A stretch of DNA of 64,000 nucleotides from an uncultured Actinomycetes bacterium (lineage in GTDB: Bacteria > Actinomycetota > UBA4738 > HRBIN12): positions 406,663 to 470,662 of the forward strand of contig CAVPUQ010000001.1 in NCBI GenBank assembly GCA_963708985.1, in the 5' to 3' direction. Under the pieces are notes generated by a model. That model was not told where the DNA came from and searched no databases. It saw only the letters and a list, made by a program, of their open reading frames with translations. The translations under genes and the position numbers were made by a program. Below, in pieces: positions 21,711-31,036 of the stretch; positions within the stretch are counted from its first letter, which is position 1, and every line of letters begins with the position of its first letter.

Positions 21711-23158
21711 ATGGCGCGCGACATCCTGCGTCCGATGCGCCCTCGACCAGTCCTCGCGATCGTGTCGCCGTCGTCTGCCCCCCGGTGCGACGTTGCTCGG
21801 ACTGCTGTTCGAGACCGCCGAGGACGCCGGCGTGGCCTCCTTCATCCTGGCGGTGGTGGGCGCGGCCGTCGGCGGTGGTCTGGAGCGGCCTCGCTGCGTC
21901 GCTGGTCTCCTTCCTGGGCCTGAACTTCTTCTTCACCGAGCCCGCACCACACGTTCCGCGTCGATAAGACCGAGGACCTGATCGCCCTGTTGGTGTTCCT
22001 GATCGTCTCCACGATCGTCGGGACGTTGCTCGCCCGGGCACTGTCGGAGCGTCAGCGCGCGACTCGGCGCGAGCGGGAGGCGGCGCGTCCTGCAGTACAT
22101 CGCGTCGAAGCTCCTTGCCCCGGATCCCCTCGATCGTCGGCTCGGCGATCTCGCGCGGCTCCTGGTCGAGCCGTTCGACCTCGTGCGGTGCGAGATCCGA
22201 CCGGGTCAGGACGAACGGGTCGAGGTGCGCGTGCGGGCTCCGGCCCGGGGAGGGGGAGCGCATCGAGCGTCCCGATGCTCTCGGACGGGAGCGCCGGGAC
22301 GCTGGTCGTCGTCAGGCGCGATGACATCGGTCCCCCGGTCGTACCGAGCCGGACCGCACCTCTCGAGGCCTGCGCGCGGCAGATCTCGGTCGCGCTCGAG
22401 CGCGCCAGGTTCGATGCCGCGATCGAGGCCGCGCGGGTGTCCTCGGAGGCGAGCCAGATGCGGGCCGCGCTCTTCTCCTCGGTCACGCACGACCTGCGCA
22501 CACCGCTGTCGTCGATCAAGGCGAGCGTGACCAGCCTGCTCGACGAAGGAGTCGAGCACGACGACGGCGCAGGAGCGAGAGCTCCTCCAGACGGTCTTGG
22601 AGGAGACCGATCGCCTGAACCGTTGGTCGGCAACATCCTCGACCTCGCGAAGGTGAGGGCCGGAGCCCTCGTCCCCGCGAAGCAGCTCACGTCGATCGAG
22701 GACGTGCTCGAGTCCGTGCTCCATCGGATGGCCCGCAGCTCTCCAGCGGGTCTCGGTGCGAACGATGGTTCGGCCGGATCTTCCGGACGTGATGATGGAC
22801 GCCATGCAGGTCGACCAGGTCTTCACCAACGTGCTCGAGAACGCGGTGCGCTTCACGCCTCCAGGCAGGTGACGATCCAGATCGCGATCGTCCCGTGGCG
22901 GGACGGGGTCCAGGTGCGCGTCGCCGACCAGGGGCCGGGCATCCCGTCTGAGGAGCGCGAACGCGTCTTCGAGCCCTTCTACCGTCCGAGGCCGCGGCGG
23001 CCGAGGCGGGAGCGGTCTCGGACTTGGCCATCGCCCGGGCGATCGTGCGGGCGCACGGCGGCCGGATCCGGATCGAAGGGCTCGCCGTCGGGCGGGGCCG
23101 CGGTTGTGTTCGAGCTGCCCGCGGACGCGCCGTCGATCGTGCAGGAGCCGGTGCGTGA
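21711..23158 (+). CDS. KdpD-like sensor histidine kinase lacking the N-terminal KdpD and USP domains (DUF4118-GAF-HisKA-HATPase; many frameshifts; end approximate, up to 23243)
   Basis: ASLVSFLGLNFFFTEP (DUF4118), RAALFSSVTHDLRTPLSSIKAS, VFTNVLENAVRF, VADQGPGIP...RVFEPFYR. Confidence 0.82.
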
Positions 23159-23849
23159 CGAGGGTCCTGGTGGTCGACGACGAACCGCAGATCCGGCGCG
23201 CACTCCGGACGAGCCTGCAGGCTCACGGGCTACGACGTCCTGACGGCGGGAACCGGCCGCGAAGGGGTTGAGCGTGCGGCCGACTCGGCACCCGATCTCG
23301 TGTTCCTCGACCTCGGGCTCCCCGACCTCGACGGGACCGAGGTGATCCGTCGGATCCGGGCCGTTCTCCGAGGTGCCGATCATCGTGCTGTCGGTGCGCG
23401 ACCAGCAGGCCGACAAGGTCGCGGCGCTCGATGTCGGAGCCGACGACTACGTGACGAAGCCGTTCGGCATGGAGGAGCTGCTCGCGCGCCTGCGGGCCGC
23501 CCTGCGTCGCGCGCACCCCGAGGAGCCGGCGCCGGCGGTGCAGCGCTTCGGCGACGTGGAGGTCGATCTCGCGAAACGGCTCGTGACCCGGCGCGGCGAG
23601 CGCGTCCATCTGACGCCGACGGAGTACGGGCTCCTCGAGGCGCTCGTCGCGAACCCGGGCAAGCTGCTCACGCACCAGTGGCTGCTCCGCAAGGTGTGGG
23701 GGCAGGGCTACGGCCAGGAGAGCCACTACCTGCGGGTCTACGTCCGCGCGCTGCGCAGGAAGCTCGGCGACGACGCCGCGGCGCCCGCGGCTGATCCTGA
23801 CCGAGCCCGGCGTCGGCTACCGCTGGATCGCCGATCCGTCACGTCCTAG
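23155..23849 (+). CDS. kdpE: KdpE-like OmpR-family response regulator (frameshifted)
   Basis: MTRVLVVDDEPQIRRAL, DLGLPDLDG, GADDYVTKPF, HLTPTEYGLL, GKLLTHQWLLRKVWG, YLRVYVRALRRKL, LILTEPGVGYR. Confidence 0.88.
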
Positions 23850-23910
23850 CTGGTCGCGGGTCACTAGGATACGCCCTTCGGATGGGCTCGACGCAAGACG
23901 GAGACCACGC

Positions 23911-26219
23911 ATCGACCTCCGGCGGCTGCTGAAACGGCTGCTCGTCGGTCGGGCGATGTCGAGTCCACCGTCTCGAGCACACGCTGCTGCCGAAGGTCCT
24001 CGCGCTGCCGGTGTTCGCATCGGACGCGCTTTCGTCGGTGGCCTACGCGACGGGCGAGATCTTCATCGTGCTGCTGTCGGCAAGTCTGGCCACGAAGCAG
24101 CTACGTCATGCCGATCGCGATCGCGATCGCGATCTCATGGCGATCGTCGTCACGTCGTACCGGCAGACCGTTCGCGCGTACCCGCGGGGCGGTGGCGCGT
24201 ATCTCGTGACGAAGGACAACCTCGGAACGCTCCGCCGGCCTGATCGCCGCCGCCGCGCTGCTCGTCGACTACATGATGACGGTCACCGTTTCCATCGTCG
24301 CCGGGGTGTTCGCCATCGGCTCGGCCTTCCCGTTGGCGAACGACCATCGCGTGCTCCTGTCCATCGGCTTCGTGTGGTTCGTCACGGTCGCGAACCTACG
24401 CGGCACCCGCGAGTCCGGGCTGCTGTTCGCGATCCCGACCTACGGCTTCGTCCTCTCGATCCTGACGATGATCGGCGTCGGCCTGGTCAGGTGCGTCGGT
24501 GGGTGCCCTGCCACCGAGGCCGTGGAGCCGATCCAGGCCATCGCGACGACGGCCGGCCCGGTCACGCTGTTCATCATCCTGCGCGCGTTCGCCTCGGGGG
24601 CGACCGCTCTCACCGGAGTGGAGGCCATCGCAGACGGGGTCCCCGCGTTCCGCCGCCCCCAGGCTCGCAACGCGGCCCAGACCCTCGCGATCATGGCGAC
24701 GATCGGGATCACGATGTTCCTCGGGATCTCGTGGCTCGCGACCCACATCCCCGGGACGACCGCCAGCGAGGTCCGCTCGGTCCCGGCCCAGATCGCCGGC
24801 GCGGTCTTCGGAGGCGGGATCGGCTTCTACATCGTCCAGATCTTCAGCGCCGCGATCTTGATCCTTGCCGCCAACACCGCGTTCCAGGACTTCCCGCGGC
24901 TCTCCTCGATCCTCGCGCGCGATCGATTCATGCCGCGGCAGTTCATGAACCGTGGCGACCGCCTGGTCTTCTCGAACGGGATCGTCGTCCTCGCGGCGGT
25001 GTCCTCGCTGATGATCTACGCGTTCGATGCCAGCCTCACCAGGCTGATCCAGATGTACGTCATCGGTGTGTTCACGTCGTTCACCCTCTCCCAGAGCGGG
25101 ATGGTCCTCCACTGGTTGAAGGAGCGTCGCAAGGGTCCCGACGCGCCCAAGGATTGGAAACGCTCGATCGTCAACAACGTCTTGGGGGCGACGACGACCG
25201 GGATCGTGCTGCTGGTCGTCACGTACACGAAGTTCCACGACGGCGGCTGGCTCTCGATAGCCTTCATGGCGCTCCTGCTGCCGGTGTTCCTTTCCGTCCA
25301 CCGTCACTACTCGTCGATCATCGACGAGCTGCGCCGAGGGCGGGTCACCGTCGGTGGCACGGGCGTGAACCACGTCGTTCTGCTCGTCACCCAGCTCGAC
25401 GAGGCGACGTCCGAGGCGGTTGGGTACGTGCGCTCGATCAGGCCCAGGGACCTGCGCGCGGTCTATCCGACCGCCAGCGGTGTGGTCCCCCTCGATCTCC
25501 AGGAGCGGTGGCGGCGGTTCGCGGTCGGCGCGCCGGACCTGGAGCCGCTCCCGGTCGAGGGAGGCGACCTCCTCGCGGGCACGCGGGCGTTCGTCCACGG
25601 GATCGAGTGCCGGCATCGGGACTTCATCACCGTCGTCATCCCAGAGGTCTTGCGAGAGCAAGGACTCCTCGCCTACCTGCTGCGGAACCGCTCGCTCGTG
25701 CGGCTGAAGGCGGGCCTGCTCCGCGAGCCGAACGTCGTCGTCGCCGACGTGCCGTTCCCAAGCGGTGGGAAGGTCGCGGTCGGAGCCGACGGTCGCGCGC
25801 TCATCCCGCAACGCACCGTGGCGCTGGTGTTCGTCTCGGCGATCCACGACGCGACCGTCCGGGCCGTGAACTACGCGCAGTCGCTCGGAGCGAGCGAGAC
25901 GCGCGCGATCTACTTCGACATGGACCCCGATCAGGAGTACCGGATCGAGCGCGAGTGGGCGGAGAAGGGGCTGCAGATCCCGCTGGACATCGTCGAGGCG
26001 GCCTTCCGCGACCTGACGGGACCGATGCTCGACGAGGTCCGGCGCTTCACCGAGCGTCCCGACACGCTCGTCATGGTCGTGATCCCCGAGCTCGTGGTGT
26101 CGAAGTGGCGGCACCTGTTGCTGCACAACCAGAACGCCCTGTTCGTGAAGCGGCTGATGCTGTTCGAGCCGAAGGTCGTGCTGGCGTCGGTGCCGTTCTC
26201 GCTCGAGACCGACACGTGA
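23911..26219 (+). CDS. KimA-like APC/KUP-family K+/H+ symporter #2 with duplicated cytoplasmic domain (start approximate; frameshifts in first 350 nt)
   Basis: LKRLLVGR, VFASDALSSVAYATGE, SYRQTVRAYPRGGGAYLV, NLRGTRESG, TGVEAIADG, ANTAFQDFPRL, C-terminal VIPELVVSKWRHLLLHNQ...VVLASVP. Confidence 0.9.
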
Positions 26220-26776
26220 TGGATCGGCGGACCGCCCTCGAGCTCTGCCGTGCGAAGACGCTGAAGGAGACGACCGTGCGGCACCTCGTGTCGGTCGAGG
26301 GCGTCATGCGGGCCCTCGCACGCCGGTTCGGGGAGGACGTGGACCTGTGGGGGCTCACGGGGATGTTCCACGACCTCGACCAGGACGTGACGGGGGAGGA
26401 CGGCGTCGGCCACGCGGAGGTCGCCGCCGGCTGGCTCCGGGAGGCGGGGGTCGACGAGCAGGTGGTGAACGGCGTGCTCGCGCACGCGTACCCCGAGTAC
26501 CGCACCGACCTCATGTCGAGGGCGGTCGTGCACGCCGACGCGGTCGCGGGCCTCCTCGTGGCAGCTGCGCTCGTCCGGCCCGAGCTCGCGGTGGGGATGA
26601 AGGTCTCGAGCGTGAAGAAGAAGCTGAAGGAGAAGGCCTTCGCGCCCGGCGTGAACCGCGACGAGGTGCTCGGGGTCACCGAGGGGATCGGCCTGCCGCT
26701 CGAGGAGTTCCTCGCCGTCGCGATCGAAGGCCTGCAGGAGGTCGCGCCGGAGATCGGCCTCACGCCCGAGGCGTGA
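26219..26776 (+). CDS. HD-superfamily predicted hydrolase (COG2316-like)
   Basis: RH..SVE, LWGLTGMFHDLD, GH, VLAH, ADAVAG, SSVKKKLKEKAFAPGVNR. ATG overlaps the KimA #2 stop. Confidence 0.85.
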   Translation: MDRRTALELCRAKTLKETTVRHLVSVEGVMRALARRFGEDVDLWGLTGMFHDLDQDVTGEDGVGHAEVAAGWLREAGVDEQVVNGVLAHAYPEYRTDLMSRAVVHADAVAGLLVAAALVRPELAVGMKVSSVKKKLKEKAFAPGVNRDEVLGVTEGIGLPLEEFLAVAIEGLQEVAPEIGLTPEA

Positions 26777-27371
26777 TGAGCTCGATCGGCAGCAGCTCCA
26801 CGGCGTAGGCGTCGAGCATCGCGTTCTCGACCGGTCGCACCCCGAGCGCGTCTCCCACCGCGCTCGGCTGGTCGGCGTGGCGCTCGCACAGGGGCAGGAG
26901 GTCACCACCGCGGTCGAGCACGCGGGCGGGGACGCCCGGGAGCTCGGCCCGCCACAGGCACCACGAACAGACGAGGCGCAGCCGCGCGGGGTAGGCGAAC
27001 TCGGCCCGGTAGCCCTTCGTGTGCTCGATGACGCGGCCCCACATCGAGATCGTGCCGATCACGCCGGCCGCCCGGTTCGCGTGCCGGAGCCGCTCCGGAT
27101 CCTTCATCGCGTGGATGCCGCACGTGCAGCCGGGCTCGGGGCTCCGGTGGAACTCTGCGAGCTCGGGGTTGTAGATCATGTACTCGCGCGTGTGCGAGCC
27201 CGAGCACGTCGCGTGGATCGGCACTCCGGGCTCCCAGTCCGAGCGCGGCGTCGTCGGCGCGATCCGCAGCGCCCCGTTCGAGCGCCGGTGCAGCCGCCAG
27301 GCGCGCCAGCCCTCGATCGGCTCGGTCGAGCGCTCGTGCGGGTAGGAGCCGAAGAACGCGCGCAGGGCCAT
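26760..27371 (-). CDS. Cys/His-rich hypothetical protein
   Basis: Intact ORF with good codon pattern: GWRAW, HATC, HRSPEPGCTCGIHA, WGRVIEHTKGYRAE, CSWC, LCERH. Leaderless -10 TACGCT. Confidence 0.75.
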   Translation of the reverse strand: MALRAFFGSYPHERSTEPIEGWRAWRLHRRSNGALRIAPTTPRSDWEPGVPIHATCSGSHTREYMIYNPELAEFHRSPEPGCTCGIHAMKDPERLRHANRAAGVIGTISMWGRVIEHTKGYRAEFAYPARLRLVCSWCLWRAELPGVPARVLDRGGDLLPLCERHADQPSAVGDALGVRPVENAMLDAYAVELLPIELITPRA

Positions 27372-27432
27372 GTCACCAGCGTACGCCGAGGCTCGGGAAG
27401 CGGGCACGGCGACTCGCGCCTATCATCGCGGC

Positions 27433-28813
27433 GTGCCGTACCGGTTCCGGACGATCATCGAGCCGTTCCGCATCCACTCGGTCGAGCCGCTCCGGTTCCT
27501 CACCGAGGACGAGCGGCGGGCGAAGGTCCGCGAGGCCGGCTACAACCTGTTCAACCTCCACGCCGACGACGTCCTCATCGACCTGCTCACCGACTCGGGT
27601 ACCGGCGCGATGAGCCGGGACCAGTGGGCGGCGATCCAGCGCGGCGACGAGAGCTACGCGGGCTCGCCCTCGTGGTTCGCGTTCCTCGAGGCCGTGCAGG
27701 AGCTGTTCCCGTTCCGTCACGTGATCCCTACGCACCAGGGGCGAGCGGCCGAGAAGATCCTGTTCAGCGCGATCGCCGGTCCCGGCAAGGTCGTCCCGAA
27801 CAACACGCACTTCGACACGACGCGCGCCAACGTCGAGTTCACGGGCGCCGAGGCGCTCGACCTCGTGATCTCCGAGGGCCGCGAGCCGCAGACGATCCAC
27901 CCGTTCAAGGGCAACATGGACCTCGGCGCGCTCGAGCGGTTGCTCGAAGAGCGTGCCGCCGACGTGCCGGTCGTGTTCGTCACGATCACGAACAACTCCG
28001 GCGGCGGGCAGCCGGTCTCACTCGAGAACCTCCGCGGTGTCCGAGCGCTCTGTGACCGGTTCGGCGTGCCGCTGTTCCTGGACGCCTGCCGGTTCGCCGA
28101 GAACGCCTGGTTCATCAAGCTCCGCGAGGCCGGTCAGGCACGAGCGCCCGATCCCCGACATCGTCCGCGAGATCGCAGGCCTCGCCGACGGCATGACGAT
28201 GAGTGCGAAGAAGGACCCGCTCGCGAACATCGGCGGCTGGCTCGCGATGAACGACGACGCTCTCGCGGAGCAGTGCCGCAACCTGCTGATCCTCACCGAG
28301 GGCTTCGTGACGTACGGCGGTCTCGCGGGTCGCGACCTGGAGGCTATCGCCCAGGGCCTGCGCGAGTGCGTCGACGAGCACTACCTGCGGTACCGGATCC
28401 GCTCGACCGAGTACCTGGCCGAGGCGCTGGACCGCGCCGGCGTGCCGATCGTGAAGCCGGCCGGAGGGCACGCCGTGTACCTGGACGCCCGAGCGCTCCT
28501 GCCGCACATCCCGCCGCTCGAGTACCCGGGCCAGGCGCTCGCGGTCGCGCTCTACGAGGCCGGCGGCATCCGCGCGTGCGAGATCGGCACGGTGATGTTC
28601 GGCCGCCACCCCGATGGGACCGAGGAGCCGGCCGCGATGGACCTCGTCCGCATGGCGATCCCTCGCCGCACGTACACGCAGAGTCACGTCGACTACGTGA
28701 TCGAGGTCGTCACGGCCGTCGCCGAGCGCGCCTCGGAGCTCCGCGGCTACCAGATCGTCGAGCAGCCGCCGCAGCTCCGGCACTTCACCGCCCGGTTCGA
28801 GCCGCTCGGCTAG
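27433..28813 (+). CDS. tnaA: Tryptophanase (PLP beta-eliminating lyase; frameshift near 28140)
   Basis: EPFRIHSVE, IDLLTDSGT, THQGRAAE, MSAKKD (PLP Lys). IRACEIG and LRHFTARF match tryptophanase-type rather than TPL-type (ERG, RFF) residues. Confidence 0.88.
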
Positions 28814-29646
28814 GGAGCCGAGATGCCGGCGCCCTCCGCGCGCTGCTCGCGCAGCAGGGCTGAGAGCTCAGCCCCCACCAGGTAGAGCGACGCGGCCACC
28901 CGCAGGAACAGCAGGAGACCGAAGACAGCCCCGATCGTTCCGTAGAGCGCGCTCGAGCGGTTCACGACGGACACGACGAGCAGCCCGCCGACGATCTTGA
29001 GGGTGGTCCACCCCACGGTCATGACGATCGCGCCCGGCAGGTGCTCCCGGAGCGCGGGGCCGTCCCCCGGCGTGAGCACGGCGTACGTGCCGGCGAAGAA
29101 CGCGAGCTCCAGCCCGGCGACGGCGGTGAGCGTGAGCGCTCGAACGGGGAGCAACCACCAGCCGTCGGCGTGGATCGCGGCGATCGCGCCGCTCGCGAGG
29201 AGTCCGGCGAACAGCGCGGCGCCCAGGATGAGCATCGCGACGATCGACCGTGCGCGCCGGCGGATCACGCTCTTCCCGGGCACGCGGAAGATGCGACCGA
29301 GCGCAGCTGGACGCCCGACCCGTCAGGCCGGAGGCCGCCCACGCCACACCGACGAGCGCGATGAGGCCGAGCCCGCTCGCGCGCCCGGACCACGGCGTCG
29401 AGGTTCTGGTCCAGGAGCGGGCCGATCCCGGGCATCGCGTCGAAGAAGCGGCGGAGCGACTCGGCGGGATGGCCGCCGAGCAGGAAGCCGGCGACCGAGA
29501 GTGCGAGCAGCATGAGCGGGAACAAGCGACAGGAAGGCCTGGAACGCGAGCGCGGCTGCCATCGTGCCGAGGTCGTCGGCTCGGAACCGCTCGCGCGCTG
29601 CCAGCAGGCGCCGCCCGAGCCCCGACTGCGCTAGGGTTCGTCGCAT
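28810..29646 (-). CDS. YihY/virulence factor BrkB family membrane protein (frameshifted)
   Basis: AAALAFQAFLSL-FPL, PGAIVMTVGW, YGTIGAVFGLLLFL...LYLVGAELSA. Confidence 0.85.
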
Positions 29647-29676
29647 CCAGTGCGACTCTTCCACACGGAGGGCACC

Positions 29677-30159
29677 GTGAACATCCGACCGGCGACCGCT
29701 GAGGATGTGGACTTCCTGAAGAAGATGCTCTACAAGGCCGCGGCCTGGAACCCGGACTGGCCGCTCGAGCAGGTCATCGAGGCACTCGCGAGCCCCATGG
29801 TCGGGCGCTACCACGCGGGCTGGCCCCGGCCCGGCGACGCGGGCGTTATCGCCGAGGTCGATGACGAGCCCGTGGGAGCCGCCTGGTATCGGCTCTTCAC
29901 GGGCGCCGAGCCCGGCTATGGGTTCGTGGACGAGGAGACGCCCGAGATCGGCATCGCCGTCGAGCCGCTGCACCGGCGCAAGGGCATCGGCGAGACGCTG
30001 CTGCGGGCGCTCATCTCCGAGGCGCGACAGGAGGGGTTCCATGCACTCTGTCTGTCGGTCGCACCCCACAACCGCTCGCGGATGATGTACGAGCGGGCAG
30101 GATTCAAGAAGGTCGGCGAGTCCGGCGGAAGCTGGACGATGGTGCTCTCGCTCGACTAG
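29677..30159 (+). CDS. GNAT family N-acetyltransferase
   Basis: IRPATAED, PEIGIAVEPLHRRKGIGETLL, LCLSV..HN...MYERAGF. Confidence 0.9.
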   Translation: MNIRPATAEDVDFLKKMLYKAAAWNPDWPLEQVIEALASPMVGRYHAGWPRPGDAGVIAEVDDEPVGAAWYRLFTGAEPGYGFVDEETPEIGIAVEPLHRRKGIGETLLRALISEARQEGFHALCLSVAPHNRSRMMYERAGFKKVGESGGSWTMVLSLD

Positions 30160-30864
30160 CGCGTCCGCTCCTCGGTCCGGTCCGCGTCGGCCTCGGCGGC
30201 GCGCTCCGCTTCCTCGGCTCGGATCGTGCGCAAGCGGTGCCAGACGAACCACACGATCGACAGGGCGACGGCCACCGCGATCGCCCACGCGAAGGGCCGG
30301 ATGAACCGCTCGACCTCGTCCCAGCGCTCGCCGAGCTGGTAGCCGAGCCACGTCAGCAGCAGGGACCACGGCAGGCAGCCGAGCAACGTGTACACCGTGA
30401 ACCTGCCAGGTCCCATGCGAACGACCCCGGCCGGCAGGCTGATGAAGGTGCGGATGACCGGCAGGAGCCGGCCGAAGAAGACGGTGGCCTGACCGTAGCG
30501 CTCGAACCAGTCGTGCGCCCGGTCGACCTCGTGCGGGCGGATCAGGAGGTAGCGACCCCACCGGTCGACGAGCGGTCGCCCGCCCGCGTACCCGGCCCAG
30601 TAGGCGAGCCACGAGCCCACCAGGTTGCCGCCCGTCCCGGCGGCCACGACGAGCCACAGGTCGAGCTGCTGATGAGCCGCGAGGAACGGAGCCGTGACGA
30701 GCGCGCCGCCGAAGAGCATCGTGACCTCGCTCGGGATCGGGACGCAGGCCGACTCGAGCACCATGAGGAGGAAGATCGCCAGGTAGCCGTAGGCGGCGAT
30801 CTCCCGGGTGACGAAGTCCGTGAACAGCGCGAGCAGGTCGAGCTCCAGGGCGGCGGGGTCCGAT
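30156..30864 (-). CDS. DedA family membrane protein (start approximate)
   Basis: YGYLAIFLLMVLESACVPIPSEV, FERYG...VFFGRLLPVIRTFISLPAG. Confidence 0.92.
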
Positions 30865-31036
30865 GGAGGGTATCACCGGGCTCTCGAGCCCCCGTACGGG
30901 GGCGGCTCTCGCTGCGTGGTCGGCTCCCGGCCCGTAATCCCGGGGTTGACCGAGAGGGCTGGTACCCTGCGGCGCTGGGGGCTCGCCGGGCGTGTGGGCC
31001 GCCGTTCCCCTCCGAACGCAGAGGCAGGCCGCAGTC

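Noticed and set aside
23790-23970. Open frame running from the KdpE C-terminus into KimA #2
   Set aside because: The linker is non-protein-like, a -10 (TAGGAT 23865-23870) and GGAG RBS lie in it, and indels nearby make the read-through unreliable.
24011-26776. 921-aa ORF suggesting a KimA-HD fusion
   Set aside because: The KimA body is in another frame ending at TGA 26217-26219; the HD protein has its own overlapping ATG.
27433-28813. Tyrosine phenol-lyase annotation
   Set aside because: EIG and RHF residues match tryptophanase rather than TPL (ERG, RFF).
30946-30968. TTGACC...TACCCT as the topA promoter
   Set aside because: Spacer is only 11 bp, incompatible with a sigma-70-type promoter.
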